Origin: Candidatus Planktophila sp.
Lineage (GTDB): Bacteria > Actinomycetota > Actinomycetes > Nanopelagicales > Nanopelagicaceae
NCBI GenBank assembly: GCA_041687825.1
Contig: JBDNJI010000028.1
Coordinates: forward strand, 8,707-72,706
Length of the DNA: 64,000 nucleotides
Reading direction: 5' to 3'
The notes beneath the pieces are model-generated. The model ran no database searches. It had not been told where the DNA came from and saw only the letters and a list, made by a program, of their open reading frames with translations. The position numbers and the translations under genes are program-made. Positions 12,053-23,962 of this stretch are shown here, piece after piece. The first letter of the stretch is position 1; every line of letters begins with the position of its first letter.

Positions 12053-13333
12053 TCATTTAATGGCTTCGAGTAACTCGCCAATCTTAACGGAGGAAACTTC
12101 ACCATCCGACATTCGTTTAAGTTCAACGCTCCCACTGGCTATTTCACTGTCACCAATAACAAGGGCATAAGCACTGCCTGATTTATCGGCAGCCTTCATC
12201 GCACCCTTCAGAGCGCGATCTCCGAATGCGATCTCAATTCGCAGACCGTTTTGGCGAAGATGTTCGGCAACTTCAAGGGCCAATTGCTTGGCCCCACTTC
12301 CCAGCGGAATAATAAAGAGATCGCTAGCGAATTGATTTGCTTTCAATACACCTTCGGCCTCTGCCGCCAGCAAAACACGATCGACACCCAAGCCAAAGCC
12401 GATGCCAGAAAGATCCGAACCACCCAAAGTCTTCATGAGTGAGTCATATCGACCACCTCCGCCAATACCCGATTGTGCACCGAGATCATCGTGGATGAAC
12501 TCGAAAGTTGTGCCGGTGTAGTAATCAAGGCCTCGAACCATGCGAGGGTTAATTGTGTATGTAATGCTGAGTGCGTCTAAATATTCTCTCACTTCTTGGA
12601 AATTCTCTTGTGAGGTCGGAGATAGATAATCCAGTAGCAATGGAGCGCTAGCCATCTTTGATTTAATCTCTTCTCGCTTATCATCGAAGAGACGCAAAGG
12701 ATTGATAAAAGCACGGGCTGACGTCGCTTCATCGAGATTAAGTGTTTCGATAAATTTAACGAGATCTACTCGGTGCGCGGCGCGAGATTGGGCATCTCCG
12801 AGCGAGGTAATCTCAAGACGGTAACGCGATAATCCAATCGATTTAAATGCGCGATCAGCAAGTGCAATAACTTCTGCGTCAATTGCCGCATCATCGAGTC
12901 CAATTGATTCAATACCCACTTGATAGAACTGGCGATAGCGACCAGCCTGTGGACGCTCGGCACGAAAGAATGCACCCGAATAAAACACCTTCACTGGTAA
13001 TTGACCTCGATCAAGTGAATGTTCAATCACTGCTCGCATCACGCCAGCTGTTCCTTCTGGGCGGAGCGTGAGCGATCTTCCACCTCGATCTTCGAAGGTG
13101 TACATCTCTTTACTGACTACATCAGTTGATTCACCAACACCACGGGAAAATAGATTGGTATCTTCAAAGACTGGCAACTCCATTAATTGATAACCAGCGC
13201 TCTTGGCCGGTGCGATCAATTGATCTCGTACCCACTCAAAAGCGGCAGAGCGTGGAGGAACATACTCACTGACACCCTTAGGTGCCTGAATTTTTTCGAG
13301 CTTAACCGCTTTTGCTTCTTTCTCGACACTCAT
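12053..13333 (-). CDS. hisS: Histidine--tRNA ligase
   Basis: [33 protein letters not shown]. Confidence 0.99.
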   Translation of the reverse strand: MSVEKEAKAVKLEKIQAPKGVSEYVPPRSAAFEWVRDQLIAPAKSAGYQLMELPVFEDTNLFSRGVGESTDVVSKEMYTFEDRGGRSLTLRPEGTAGVMRAVIEHSLDRGQLPVKVFYSGAFFRAERPQAGRYRQFYQVGIESIGLDDAAIDAEVIALADRAFKSIGLSRYRLEITSLGDAQSRAAHRVDLVKFIETLNLDEATSARAFINPLRLFDDKREEIKSKMASAPLLLDYLSPTSQENFQEVREYLDALSITYTINPRMVRGLDYYTGTTFEFIHDDLGAQSGIGGGGRYDSLMKTLGGSDLSGIGFGLGVDRVLLAAEAEGVLKANQFASDLFIIPLGSGAKQLALEVAEHLRQNGLRIEIAFGDRALKGAMKAADKSGSAYALVIGDSEIASGSVELKRMSDGEVSSVKIGELLEAIK

Positions 13334-13986
13334 GCACGCAATCCTTTCAGATAAGGATTGGTCTTGCGTTCAAAGGCCATTGTCGTGTCCGGTCCATGTC
13401 CTGGTAAGACTCGAAGATGATCGGGCAAAGGTAAAACTTTGTTGGTCAGCGTGCGAGTCATCGCTTCTGCACTTCCACTTGGTAAGTCCGTTCTACCAAT
13501 TGCACCGGCAAAGAGAACATCTCCACTGATCAACAATTCATCATTAATGGTGAACATCAGTGACCCCGCTGTATGGCCAGGTGCGTGAATTGCGGTGATA
13601 TTCATGCCAACGGCTTCAAAGGTGGCGTTGTTTTTAAATTCTTCAACCCGCTTAGGTTCACTCCACGTGATCCCTTTTAAAGTTTCAGTAAACTCGCGGC
13701 CGTGCATAGTTTCAGGATGTAATAACGCTTTGCGATCCTCGCGATGAATGTATGCCGGAATGTCATACCCATCGGCCAACGGAACTACTGAAAATATGTG
13801 ATCTAAATGCCCATGTGTAAGCAGCATCGCTACTGGCTTGAGATTTTCTTCCTCGATAATCATCTCGATCTCAGCGCTAATGTCAGGCATTCCTGGATCG
13901 ATGATGATGCACTCTGATCCGGCGCGCTCGGCGATCACCCAACAATTCGTGGCGTACATGGGTGCAGGGTGGACTCTGATCAGCAT
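13330..13986 (-). CDS. MBL-fold metallo-hydrolase (glyoxalase II-like)
   Basis: THGHLDH, PGHTAGS, SGDVLF, PGHG; usual neighbour of hisS. Confidence 0.9.
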   Translation of the reverse strand: MLIRVHPAPMYATNCWVIAERAGSECIIIDPGMPDISAEIEMIIEEENLKPVAMLLTHGHLDHIFSVVPLADGYDIPAYIHREDRKALLHPETMHGREFTETLKGITWSEPKRVEEFKNNATFEAVGMNITAIHAPGHTAGSLMFTINDELLISGDVLFAGAIGRTDLPSGSAEAMTRTLTNKVLPLPDHLRVLPGHGPDTTMAFERKTNPYLKGLRA

Positions 13987-14128
13987 CACCCCTCCAATCT
14001 CACAGATTCATCTCATGATCTCTCACCGTGAGCACGTTTTTGCTTGGCTAGTGAGACAGGGTACCTTTGAGCCCTACACAAGAGTTGCATTAACGAAGGC
14101 ACACCGCCGACGCGCTGAAAGGGCACCC

Positions 14129-15469
14129 ATGAGCATCGACAATACCCAGAATCCACTTCCGAATCAGAGCCCAGTTCCGGCCCAGATTATTCCCGTTATG
14201 AGTGCTGCATCAGCGCTGATCGGTGATCCAACTAAATTCGGCCGGGTAGCAGAAGATGGAACAGTATTTGTTCGAACATCATCTGGTGAGAAGGCAGTCG
14301 GTTCATATCCTGGAAAAACTGCCGATGAAGCGCTCGCATACTTTGTAAGAAAATTTGAAGCTCTCGCCTCCGATGTCGCACTCACCGCAGCGCGCATCAC
14401 ATCTGGTGCCATGGTCCCCGATGATGCTTATGAAGCGGTGAAAAAACTGCGTCAGCAAGTTCGTGAACTTAATGGTGTTGGAGATCTTGATGCTCTTGCT
14501 GCCTCGGTCGAACAGATTGAGCCACTTATCGAGGGCCATCGTGAAAAGTTCGAAGCTAAGAAAGCTGCCGAAAGTGCAGCAAAGGTTGCTCGACTAGCGC
14601 AGGTTCTTGTTGAAAAAGAAAAAATTGTGGCAGAAGCCGAATCCCTCTCACTTTCCGAAAGTTGGAAGACAACGGGTGAGCGCCTTAAGACTCTGCTGGA
14701 TGAGTGGAAGAGTGCGCCAAGACTAGATAAGAAGAGCGATGCCGATCTATGGAAGCGTTTCTCTGCCTCTCGAAACAAGTTCGACAAGCGCCGACGTACC
14801 CACTTCGCCTCCCTTGAGGCCTCGGCGTCCGTCGTGTCGACTGCCAAGATTGCAATCGTAGAAGAGGCCGAGAAGTTGGCGACATCGACTGATTGGGTTG
14901 CAACTGCACGTCGCTATAAAGCGTTGATGGACTCTTGGAAGGCTGCCGGTCGCGGAAAGCCAAAAGATGAAGCGAAGCTGTGGGCGCGATTTAAGACGGC
15001 GCAAGATTCTTTCTTCACTGCTAAAAATGCTGATCTGGAGCGGCGTGAAGTTTCTATGAGTGCAAATCTTGAAAAGCGTGAAGTCCTGATCGTTGCGATT
15101 GAAGCGCTTATTCCATTTACTGATGCCAAGAAGGCGAAGAATGATCTGCGTGATCTTATGCGCGACTGGGAAAAAATCGGTATCACTGCCAGAGATAAGC
15201 GCGCTGCCATGGATGCTCGTGTACATGCAGTAGAGAGTGCGATCAAGGAAGCTGAGGCTGAACTCTGGCGTAAGACTGATCCTGCCGCAAAAGCTCGTGC
15301 CCAAGAAGTTATAGATCAACTTTCAACTGCTATTGCTAACTATGAAAGCGCAGCTGCTAAGGCGAAAGTAGCTGGCAATGAAAAGAAAGCAAAAGATTCG
15401 CTTGAATCAGCAGAGGCTAGAAAAGTTTGGCTTGCTGAGGCGCAGAAGAATCACGCTGAATTCAGTTAA
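14129..15469 (+). CDS. DUF349 repeat protein
   Basis: FGRVAEDGTVFV start, three LW-x-RF/EWK helical repeats; between hisS and rel. Start set at ATG 14129 (GAAAGG SD); the track's 13838 start overlaps the upstream gene. Confidence 0.85.
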   Translation: MSIDNTQNPLPNQSPVPAQIIPVMSAASALIGDPTKFGRVAEDGTVFVRTSSGEKAVGSYPGKTADEALAYFVRKFEALASDVALTAARITSGAMVPDDAYEAVKKLRQQVRELNGVGDLDALAASVEQIEPLIEGHREKFEAKKAAESAAKVARLAQVLVEKEKIVAEAESLSLSESWKTTGERLKTLLDEWKSAPRLDKKSDADLWKRFSASRNKFDKRRRTHFASLEASASVVSTAKIAIVEEAEKLATSTDWVATARRYKALMDSWKAAGRGKPKDEAKLWARFKTAQDSFFTAKNADLERREVSMSANLEKREVLIVAIEALIPFTDAKKAKNDLRDLMRDWEKIGITARDKRAAMDARVHAVESAIKEAEAELWRKTDPAAKARAQEVIDQLSTAIANYESAAAKAKVAGNEKKAKDSLESAEARKVWLAEAQKNHAEFS

Positions 15470-15484
15470 TTTCGTTTTTTTAAA

Positions 15485-17638
15485 TCAGTTGCGGTAAACG
15501 TCGTAGACGCCTTCAACGTTTCGTACGGCAGCTAGTACTGAATCTAGATGTGTGGCGTCGGCCATTTCAAAGGTAAATTTCGATATTGCCACTCGGTCTT
15601 TTGAAGTGGTTACCGATGCGCTCAAAATATTTACGTGCTGCTCCGAAAGAGCCCGAGTCACATCGGCGAGAAGTCTGGCACGATCCAGCGCCTCTACTTG
15701 AATATTAACTAGGAAGAGTGATCCTGCACCAGCCAACCATTTCACCTTTACGATCCGCTCTGATTGATGCTCACGCAAATCATCGCTGTTCACGCAATCA
15801 CTTCTATGAACCGAGACGCCACTACCTTTGGTAATAAATCCTAAAATTTTATCTCCAGGTACTGGTGTGCAGCATCGAGCAAGTTTTACAAGGACATCGT
15901 CGACGCCTTCAACTTCAACTGCGGTACTTGTTCGGCGAATTGTCGCAACACCAGTTGGAATCTTTTCGATTGTCTCTTCCGGATGGGAATCATCTCCCCC
16001 AAGTGCATGTTGCAACTTTTCGATAATCGATGCTGGCGAGACGTGTCCGTCGCCGACCGCGCTGTAAAGTGCATCGATATCTGGGTAGTGCAGTTCATGG
16101 GCAAGTTCAAGCAGAGAATGGCCAGCGAAAATTTTCTGTAGCGGCAAGCCAGCTTTTCGCATCTGGCGGGCTATTGATTCACGACCAGCATCGATTGCCT
16201 CTTCGCGTCGTTCTTTTGAAAACCATGCTTTTATCTTTGATCGAGCCCGTGGACTCTTTACAAAATTCAACCAATCTCTGCTTGGGCTGGCAGTCAGTGA
16301 TTTATTCGTGACTACTTCAACAACATCGCCATTAACCAGACGGGTCTCTAGCGGCACCAAACGACCATTTATCTTTGCGCCAGCGCATCGGTTTCCAACA
16401 TCAGTGTGTACTGAGTAGGCGAAGTCCACCGGCGTTGAACCACCTGGCAGCGCAATCACACTTCCTTTTGGTGTAAAAACAAATACCTCAGGACTCCCAA
16501 GATCAAAACGTAACGCCTCCAAAAATTCAGAAGGATCCTCAGTCTCCTTCTGCCACTCGTGCAACTGTTTCAGCCACATCATCTCGGGTGATGTCGAAGC
16601 CACATCAGCACCCTCTTTGTACTTCCAATGTGCCGCAATTCCGTACTCTGCTCGAGAATGCATTTCATAGGTTCGTATCTGAATCTCGACCGCTTTCCCG
16701 CTTGGTCCAATCACGGTCGTGTGCAGTGATTGATAGAGATTAAATTTAGGCATTGCGATGTAATCCTTGAATCGCCCGGGCACTGGACTCCATCTTGCGT
16801 GGATCGAGCCAAGAACTGCGTAACAATCACGAACATCATTGACTAGCACTCGAATCCCAACAAGATCGTAGATATCGTTGAACTCACGTCCGCGAACTAC
16901 CATCTTCTGATAAACGCTATAGAAATGCTTCTGCCGTCCAGTCACACTGGCTTCGATTGCATCGCTGGCTAAATCTGTCTTCACCACATCGATCACTTCA
17001 TCGGTAAGGGCTGCTCTTGCCGGTGAGCGTTCGGCGACTAATCGTGAGATTTCAGCGAATTTCTTAGGCTCTAAGACTTCAAAACTTAGATCCTCGAGCT
17101 CCCACTTAAGAGCGTTCATACCTAGTCGGTGTGCAAGGGGTGCGTAAATATCTAACGTTTCGCGTGCTTTTCGCTCTGCATTCTCCCCCGAAACAAATTT
17201 CCAAGTACGAGCGTTATGCAACCTGTCGGCGAGCTTGATCACTAGTACTCGAATATCGCGTGACATCGCGATCACCATTTTGCGGACCGTCTCAGCCTCA
17301 GCGGTGGGACCGTAGGTAAGTTTGTCGAGCTTAGTTACACCGTCAACCAGCGACGCAATCTGAGTTCCAAAGTCAGTGCGCAGTTGATCTAAGGAGTACG
17401 GGGTATCTTCCACCGTGTCATGTAAAAGTGAGGCAATGATTGTTTCTTCATCTAGCCCAAGTTCGGCGAGGATAAGCGAAACCGCAACTGGGTGAGTGAT
17501 GTAATCCTCACCTGATTTACGCAACTGACCGGTGTGAGCCCCAAAAGCAACTTGGTATGCCCGTTCGATTTCAGCAACGTTTGCAGAGGGGTGGTGGCCC
17601 AGCAACGCTGTAGTCAGCGGCGCTAGTAGATCATCCAT
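15485..17638 (-). CDS. rel: Bifunctional (p)ppGpp synthetase/hydrolase Rel
   Basis: Intact HD motif (LLHDTVED), RFKD synthetase motif, TGS domain (TPVDFAY), C-terminal ACT domain. Confidence 0.98.
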   Translation of the reverse strand: MDDLLAPLTTALLGHHPSANVAEIERAYQVAFGAHTGQLRKSGEDYITHPVAVSLILAELGLDEETIIASLLHDTVEDTPYSLDQLRTDFGTQIASLVDGVTKLDKLTYGPTAEAETVRKMVIAMSRDIRVLVIKLADRLHNARTWKFVSGENAERKARETLDIYAPLAHRLGMNALKWELEDLSFEVLEPKKFAEISRLVAERSPARAALTDEVIDVVKTDLASDAIEASVTGRQKHFYSVYQKMVVRGREFNDIYDLVGIRVLVNDVRDCYAVLGSIHARWSPVPGRFKDYIAMPKFNLYQSLHTTVIGPSGKAVEIQIRTYEMHSRAEYGIAAHWKYKEGADVASTSPEMMWLKQLHEWQKETEDPSEFLEALRFDLGSPEVFVFTPKGSVIALPGGSTPVDFAYSVHTDVGNRCAGAKINGRLVPLETRLVNGDVVEVVTNKSLTASPSRDWLNFVKSPRARSKIKAWFSKERREEAIDAGRESIARQMRKAGLPLQKIFAGHSLLELAHELHYPDIDALYSAVGDGHVSPASIIEKLQHALGGDDSHPEETIEKIPTGVATIRRTSTAVEVEGVDDVLVKLARCCTPVPGDKILGFITKGSGVSVHRSDCVNSDDLREHQSERIVKVKWLAGAGSLFLVNIQVEALDRARLLADVTRALSEQHVNILSASVTTSKDRVAISKFTFEMADATHLDSVLAAVRNVEGVYDVYRN

Positions 17639-17649
17639 AGAACGAAGGG

Positions 17650-18717
17650 TTACTTGCGCCCTTTGCGCTTTGGTTGATTACGTGGACCGCGACGATTCTG
17701 CGTCGATGTTGGGGCTGGAATTTCATTAGCGGTTACGCCAAGTCCCGGCGCTACAACTGACCCACGGGCATTGACGCGCTTTGCGAGTGCAATCATTGCC
17801 GGCTCTTTTTCGCGCAGTTGAGCAAGCAGAACTGGTGCAATAAAGATCGAAGAAAAAGTACCTACGATCATTCCGATAAAGAGTGCGAGTGCAATGTCTT
17901 TGAGTGTTCCAGCACCTAGTAAACCGCCGCCTACGAAGAGAATCGATGCCACTGGAAGTAGCGCAATAATCGAAGTATTTGCAGAACGTACAAGCGTCTG
18001 ATTAACCGAAAGATTTGCGGCTTGAGTAAATGTCATCTTGCTGGTTGAAGTGATCGATCGAGTGTTTTCACGAACCTTGTCAAAAACAACAACTGTGTCA
18101 TACAACGAATACCCGAGAATCGTTAAGAATCCAATTATCGTGGCCGGCGTGACATCAAAGCCAACGAGAGCATAAATTCCAACTGTAATAAATACGTCAT
18201 GAAAGAGAGCAAAGATTGCGCTGATAGCCATCTTAGGTTCAAAGGTCATCGCCAAGAAGATCATAATCACAATCAAGAATGCGATAAGACCATAGATTGC
18301 CTTCTTGGTGATCTCAGCTCCCCACGATGGTCCAATAATCTGAGCATCAATCGAGTCAGCCGTCACACCAAATGTGGTAATAATTGTTGATTCAATCGCA
18401 TTCGATTGCTCGGTAGAGACCGACCCTGTCTGTACTCGTAACTTATTACCGTCAATGCTCTGGACGATGATCTCACCAGTGATGCCAGTCTTTTCAACGG
18501 CGGTACGCGCTTCTTCTACTGTTGCACTAGAGGTAAATGTGTAGGAGGTTCCGCCCTTGAATTCAATTCCCAAATGCAATCCTTGGAACACAAGTGCCCC
18601 CATGGAGAGCATGAACAGCACTGCGGATACTGAGTACCACTTCTTCGCGTTGCCTACGATGTTAAATGACTTCTCTCCAGTGTAGAGACGTCCACCAAAA
18701 CCTATAGCTGATTTCAT
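17650..18717 (-). CDS. secF: Protein translocase subunit SecF
   Basis: GIEFKGG, GYSLYDTVVVFDKVREN, QTLVRS. Confidence 0.97.
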   Translation of the reverse strand: MKSAIGFGGRLYTGEKSFNIVGNAKKWYSVSAVLFMLSMGALVFQGLHLGIEFKGGTSYTFTSSATVEEARTAVEKTGITGEIIVQSIDGNKLRVQTGSVSTEQSNAIESTIITTFGVTADSIDAQIIGPSWGAEITKKAIYGLIAFLIVIMIFLAMTFEPKMAISAIFALFHDVFITVGIYALVGFDVTPATIIGFLTILGYSLYDTVVVFDKVRENTRSITSTSKMTFTQAANLSVNQTLVRSANTSIIALLPVASILFVGGGLLGAGTLKDIALALFIGMIVGTFSSIFIAPVLLAQLREKEPAMIALAKRVNARGSVVAPGLGVTANEIPAPTSTQNRRGPRNQPKRKGRK

Positions 18718-18719
18718 CT

Positions 18720-20243
18720 TTAAGCCTCCACTGTTGAAGTTGAGCGAGATACACCAGAACTCTTATCGGAAAGACCAGAAAAACGATGTCCGGTGTTGAA
18801 GAATTTAACTCTAGCCAAGATAGTCATCAGTGGCTTTGTGAAAATATAAACGATGAGCAAATCGACCAACGTTGTGAGGCCAAGTGCGAATGCAAACCCA
18901 CGTACTCCACCGACGGCAAAGTAGTAGAGCAGAACTGCAGCGATGATCGAGACAGCATCCGCAACGAGAATCGTGTGACGCGCCTTTACCCAACCGCTTT
19001 CTACCGCTGAACGTAGTGAACGGCCTTCGCGAATTTCATCACGAATACGTTCAAAGTAGACAATAAAGGAGTCGGCGGTGATGCCGATCGCTACAATAAT
19101 TCCGGCGATACCAGCGAGGGTAAGAGTGAATCCAATGACCTCACCAAGCACAAGTGCTAGCAAGTAGATCACCAGAGCTGCCGCTGCCAAAGAACCTGCA
19201 ACGACAATACCGAGTCCTCGGTAGTAGAGGAATGAGTAGATAACAACAAGAATCAAACCAATGGCACCAGCGAGCAGACCTGCATTAAGTTGATCACCAC
19301 CAAGGGTTGCCGAGACTTGTTGTACTTCTCCACGATCAAATGCCAATGGCAATGCGCCGTACTTGAGTACGTTCGCTAAATCTTGCGCCTCTACTTGAGT
19401 AAATGAACCAGTGATCTGCGCAGTTCCTGATGGAATCGCCTCTGTAATTCGAGGGGATGATTGAACAATTCCATCGAGCACAATAGCGACTTGATTATTT
19501 GGTTCTGGCAGTGAAGTCACGCGAGCAGTGATTGCACCGAATGCTTTTGTACCTTCGTTATCAAATGTTAGCGAAACAGTCCATGCGCTACCGGCTTGGG
19601 TATCAAGCCCAGCTGAAGCTTCTGAAATTTGGCGACCAAGAACTTCAGCTGGTGCCAAAATGTATTTAGTCGACCCATCTTTCGAACACGCTGTAATTGG
19701 TGCATTTGGGTCATCACTTCCAGTTCCTTGCAAGCTGGCCGCGTTGCTGCAATCTAACTGCGCAAACGCTTGATTGAGCGCATCAGAGACGCCGCCCACT
19801 GGGGTCGCAGCCGTTGAGGTATCGGCAGAATTTGGAATGCCAAAACTTGTTGCTAAGACTTGTCGGAAACGTAATTCAGCCGTTTGTCCTACGAGTTCAA
19901 CTACTCGTCGACCATTTTCGCCAGGTACAGAGATCACAATCTGGCGATTGGTACCACTACCTTGTGCGGAGACTTCGCTCTCAGCTACACCGAGTGAGTT
20001 CACGCGCTGTCGAATAATCTCTACCGCCTGATTTATCGCCTCCGCCGTAACTGCTTCACCCGCAGCAGATGCTCGGGGTTGCAAAGTAACGCTGGTTCCG
20101 CCGCGAAGATCTAGGCCGAGGCGAATCGAGGTCGCATCGGTGATAAACGCGGTCGCACCCAACGAGACCAAGATCAGCGCGAGGATCGAGAGTGATCGTC
20201 CGGGACGGGTTGTCGTCTTAACAGGTTTAATAGGAGTGGACAT
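18720..20243 (-). CDS. secD: Protein translocase subunit SecD
   Basis: LGLDLRGG, RVNSLGVAE, IGITADSFIVYFERIRDE. Start set at ATG 20243 after a TAGACT -10 box. Confidence 0.97.
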   Translation of the reverse strand: MSTPIKPVKTTTRPGRSLSILALILVSLGATAFITDATSIRLGLDLRGGTSVTLQPRASAAGEAVTAEAINQAVEIIRQRVNSLGVAESEVSAQGSGTNRQIVISVPGENGRRVVELVGQTAELRFRQVLATSFGIPNSADTSTAATPVGGVSDALNQAFAQLDCSNAASLQGTGSDDPNAPITACSKDGSTKYILAPAEVLGRQISEASAGLDTQAGSAWTVSLTFDNEGTKAFGAITARVTSLPEPNNQVAIVLDGIVQSSPRITEAIPSGTAQITGSFTQVEAQDLANVLKYGALPLAFDRGEVQQVSATLGGDQLNAGLLAGAIGLILVVIYSFLYYRGLGIVVAGSLAAAALVIYLLALVLGEVIGFTLTLAGIAGIIVAIGITADSFIVYFERIRDEIREGRSLRSAVESGWVKARHTILVADAVSIIAAVLLYYFAVGGVRGFAFALGLTTLVDLLIVYIFTKPLMTILARVKFFNTGHRFSGLSDKSSGVSRSTSTVEA

Positions 20244-20311
20244 AAGAGCAGAGTCTAGGCCACCGCTTGCAGTGCTCCCACCTTTTCCATTGGGTGGCAA
20301 ACCGTGCGAAT

Positions 20312-21346
20312 TTACTCGGAATTCTCGTCAAACAAGGTGGCCATACCAGCCGGCGGTTTGATTCCGAGGTGGGCATATCCAAGATGGGTAGCAATTCGAC
20401 CCCGGGGCGTTCTTGCAATAAAACCATTACGGACCAGAAATGGCTCGGCAACTGCTTCTACGGTCTCGGTCTCTTCCCCGACAGCGATAGCCAAGGTTGA
20501 GAGCCCAACCGGGCCGCCACCAAATCTCTCAATCAGAGCAAGTAGGACTCCACGATCAAGGCGATCAAGGCCCAGCGCATCAACCTCGTACATCTCGAGC
20601 GCATCGAGGGCGTGCGTGTGTGTCAAAGCTGATGAGCCACGTACTTGCGCGAAATCGCGGACCCGACGAAGAAGTCGGTTTGCTATTCGCGGTGTGCCAC
20701 GAGATCGGCCAGCAATTTCAGTAACCGCTAATTTCTCGATCGTAAGTCCAAGCAGCGTTGCACTTCTAGCGATCACGCTTTCGAGTTCTGAGGCTTCGTA
20801 GAAATCGAGATGCGCAGTAAATCCAAAGCGATCACGGAGCGGACTTGGCAATAGTCCCGCACGTGTAGTCGCTCCTACCAATGTGAAGTGTGGAAGCTGC
20901 AATGGAATCGCAGTGGCCCCTGGGCCTTTACCGACAATGACATCGACTCGAAAATCTTCCATCGCTAAGTACAGCAATTCTTCCGCAGGTCTTGGCAGGC
21001 GATGTATCTCATCTAAAAACAAAATCTCACCTTCAACGAGTGAAGAGAGAATCGCTGCTAAGTCACCAGCATGTGTGATCGCTGGACCACTCGTAATTCG
21101 AATCGGTGTATTCATTTCAGCGGCCAAAATCATGGCAAGTGTGGTTTTGCCAAGACCAGGAGGTCCCGATAACAATATGTGGTCTGCGGCAGCACCACGA
21201 TTACGGGCTGCTGTCAGCAGCACATCTATCTGTTCACGAACTCGATGTTGACCAATAAATTCATTGAGCGATTTTGGACGAAGCGCATTCTCAGATGTCG
21301 ATTCCTCACCTATTGGGCGCGGGTTAACTACTCGGTCATCGCTCAT
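20312..21346 (-). CDS. ruvB: Holliday junction branch migration helicase RuvB
   Basis: LRP-x-SL-x-EFIGQ, [24 protein letters not shown]. Confidence 0.99.
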   Translation of the reverse strand: MSDDRVVNPRPIGEESTSENALRPKSLNEFIGQHRVREQIDVLLTAARNRGAAADHILLSGPPGLGKTTLAMILAAEMNTPIRITSGPAITHAGDLAAILSSLVEGEILFLDEIHRLPRPAEELLYLAMEDFRVDVIVGKGPGATAIPLQLPHFTLVGATTRAGLLPSPLRDRFGFTAHLDFYEASELESVIARSATLLGLTIEKLAVTEIAGRSRGTPRIANRLLRRVRDFAQVRGSSALTHTHALDALEMYEVDALGLDRLDRGVLLALIERFGGGPVGLSTLAIAVGEETETVEAVAEPFLVRNGFIARTPRGRIATHLGYAHLGIKPPAGMATLFDENSE

Positions 21347-21954
21347 GAAGTACGTCCTCCAGATAGCGCAGCCTTAAGTAATTCAGAGAGATCTGCCGCG
21401 GCCGGATCAATCCCACGCTCTGCATAATCTAAGGCAACTACAGAAAGTGTTGCATCTGCATCCTTTGCTGAATATCCAAGCGAAGTCAGTGCACCCAAAA
21501 GTTGTTCGCGCCACAGCGCAATATGTGATGTCGAGTGCGACGAAGATGATCCCGTCGAAGTGAGCCTGCCCTTAAGTTCTAGCAAAATTCGTTGGGCGCC
21601 TTTCTTACCGATGCCTGGAACACTTGAAATAATCTCAACGGATTCTGCCGCTATCGCTTGACCAAGTTGCTCTGGCGCGAGGTGTGCCAAGATAGAAAGC
21701 GCTACCCGAGGACCGATTCCAGATACTGTCTGAACTAATTCGAAGGTCTCACGTGAAAGTAGATCAATAAATCCATAGAGTGTCATCGAATCTTCACGGA
21801 CCACTAACGAGGTGTGGATTGTGAGAGTCGAGCCTAAAAGAAGTGTTGCACTTGTCGCTGGCGTGACGTTGATTGAGTATCCAACTCCCCCAACATCAAG
21901 AATGATTTTCTCAGGTGTAATGCTACGTACATCTCCAGTGAGCATTGCAATCAT
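21343..21954 (-). CDS. ruvA: Holliday junction DNA-binding protein RuvA
   Basis: VGGVGY, VREDS-x2-LYGF, HhH motifs SGIGPR and PGIGKK. Confidence 0.97.
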   Translation of the reverse strand: MIAMLTGDVRSITPEKIILDVGGVGYSINVTPATSATLLLGSTLTIHTSLVVREDSMTLYGFIDLLSRETFELVQTVSGIGPRVALSILAHLAPEQLGQAIAAESVEIISSVPGIGKKGAQRILLELKGRLTSTGSSSSHSTSHIALWREQLLGALTSLGYSAKDADATLSVVALDYAERGIDPAAADLSELLKAALSGGRTS

Positions 21955-22505
21955 CGTTTAACCAAGCCCGATATTCGGGCCTTTTCCTTTGCTAGGGCGA
22001 CCGCAATATTATTCGAGGCACGGCCACGCCAAATGTTGCAGATCGCAAGTGCAAGTGCGTCAGTGCTATCAACTGGCTTCGGTGCTTCGGCAAGTTGCAG
22101 AATTCGAACAACCATTTGCGCGACCTGTGATTTATTTGCACGACCATTTCCAGTCACCGCAGCTTTGACCTCACTCGGAGTATGCATGATCACTGGAATC
22201 TGACGCTTGGCTGCAAGTAAGAGTGTAACGCCAGCTGCCTGACCTGTGCCCATAACAGTTCGCACATTGTGTTGCGAAAACACTCGCTCGACCGCGATTA
22301 CATCAGGTTTATGTTTATCAATCCACTCAATCAATTCCCCTTCAAGTTCCAGCAATCGGATTTCAAGTGGTTGTGATGGCGCAGTCACGATGACTCCGAC
22401 ATCAATTAATCGCAGCGCAGACCCGGCAACTCCTTCAACGACACCGATACCACATCGGGTGAGTCCTGGGTCAACGCCAAGAACTCGAATTGAAGTCGCA
22501 CTCAT
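21951..22505 (-). CDS. ruvC: Crossover junction endodeoxyribonuclease RuvC
   Basis: [23 protein letters not shown]-x-GRA-x-K, DSTDALA. Confidence 0.97.
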   Translation of the reverse strand: MSATSIRVLGVDPGLTRCGIGVVEGVAGSALRLIDVGVIVTAPSQPLEIRLLELEGELIEWIDKHKPDVIAVERVFSQHNVRTVMGTGQAAGVTLLLAAKRQIPVIMHTPSEVKAAVTGNGRANKSQVAQMVVRILQLAEAPKPVDSTDALALAICNIWRGRASNNIAVALAKEKARISGLVKR

Positions 22506-22536
22506 AATCGTCAAGGGTAGACCCTCAGAAAATTAC

Positions 22537-23289
22537 TTAGGAAAGGCTCGCCATGACCTCATCAGAAACATCAAAATTACTATAGACATTCTGCACATCG
22601 TCGAGTTCCTCGATTGCATCGATGAGTAAGAAAACCTTCTGCGCACCTTCGACGTCAAGATCGATTTGCATGGATGGTAGAAATAATGAATCTGCTGAAT
22701 CGTAATCAATCCCGGCACTCTGCAAAGCAGTACGCACCTTTACTAAATCGGAGGCTTCAGAGACAACTTCGAAAGATTCACCAAGATCATTTACTTCTTC
22801 TGCGCCAGCTTCTAAAACCGCCTCTAAAATCGACTCTTCGGTTGATCCATCTTTCTTCGCAACGAGAATTACACCCTTGCGATTGAAGAGATAAGAAACC
22901 GATCCTGGATCTGCCATCGAACCACCATTGCGCGTGACTGCTACCCGCACTTCAGAGGCAGCGCGATTTCGATTATCGGATAAACACTCAATCATCAACG
23001 CAACACCATTTGGTCCATAGCCTTCATACATAATGGTCTGCCAGTCAGCACCACCAGATTCCAAGCCAGCGCCACGCTTCACGGCGCGCTCAATATTGTC
23101 AGCTGGCATCGAGTTCTTCTTAGCTTTTGCGATTGCATCAAAAAGTGTTGGGTTGCCTTCTAGATCTGGACCACCATTTCGGGAAGCAACTTCAATGGCT
23201 TTAATAAGCTTGGCAAAATTCTTTGCACGACGACCATCAATTACAGCCTTCTTATGTTTGGTCGTTGCCCACTTGGAATGGCCTGACAT
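22537..23289 (-). CDS. yebC: YebC/PmpR family protein
   Basis: [34 protein letters not shown]; GAGGAG SD before ATG 23289. Confidence 0.97.
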   Translation of the reverse strand: MSGHSKWATTKHKKAVIDGRRAKNFAKLIKAIEVASRNGGPDLEGNPTLFDAIAKAKKNSMPADNIERAVKRGAGLESGGADWQTIMYEGYGPNGVALMIECLSDNRNRAASEVRVAVTRNGGSMADPGSVSYLFNRKGVILVAKKDGSTEESILEAVLEAGAEEVNDLGESFEVVSEASDLVKVRTALQSAGIDYDSADSLFLPSMQIDLDVEGAQKVFLLIDAIEELDDVQNVYSNFDVSDEVMASLS

Positions 23290-23333
23290 GGTGAATCTCC
23301 TCAATCATTTCAATCAAATCTAGTGGCCCTACT

Positions 23334-23921
23334 TTAGCGCGCCTGGCAGACCTCATCAAAGAAGTATCGATGTACCTGTAAATCTGACGTTAATTCTGGG
23401 TGAAAGGACGTTGCCAGTAAGGCTCCTTGGCGAACGGCGACCGGATGCGACTGCCCATCTTTGCCAACAACCTCCGAGAGCGTGATCACTTCTGCCCCAG
23501 TCTGCTCCACCCAAGGCGCACGGATGAAGATCGCCGGAAGTGGAGTTCCTAAAAAGTTCAATTCACTTTCGAAGGAATCAACCTGTAGCCCAAATGCATT
23601 TCTGCGAACGCTCATATTAATCCCGCCGAAAGTCTCTTGCCCAGGCGCGCCATCAAGAATTCGATCAGCCAGCAAGATCATTCCTGCACAAGATCCATAA
23701 ACCGGCATGCCGCCCGCAATTTCTTTCTGTATTGGCGCAAAGAGTTCAAATACTTTTGCTAATTTGGCAATCGTTGTTGATTCTCCGCCGGGCAAAATCA
23801 GCGCGTCGCAAGAAAGTAATTCAGAAGCGCGACGTACTTCAATCGGATCGTGACCGCACTGTGCAGCGGCCGCAAGGTGTTCTCTAAAATCACCTTGCAG
23901 TGCTAAAACTCCAACCTTCAC
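23334..23921 (-). CDS. pdxT: PLP synthase glutaminase subunit
   Basis: GVLALQG, PGGESTT, GSCAG, FIRAP, FHPE. Confidence 0.97.
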   Translation of the reverse strand: MKVGVLALQGDFREHLAAAAQCGHDPIEVRRASELLSCDALILPGGESTTIAKLAKVFELFAPIQKEIAGGMPVYGSCAGMILLADRILDGAPGQETFGGINMSVRRNAFGLQVDSFESELNFLGTPLPAIFIRAPWVEQTGAEVITLSEVVGKDGQSHPVAVRQGALLATSFHPELTSDLQVHRYFFDEVCQAR

Positions 23922-23962
23922 AAGTCTTTAGCTCACTGGCAGAGAACCCACGAAAAAGTGAG

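Noticed and set aside
13838-14128. 97-aa N-terminal extension of the DUF349 ORF
   Set aside because: It overlaps the divergent MBL gene and the promoter region; ATG 14129 has an SD.
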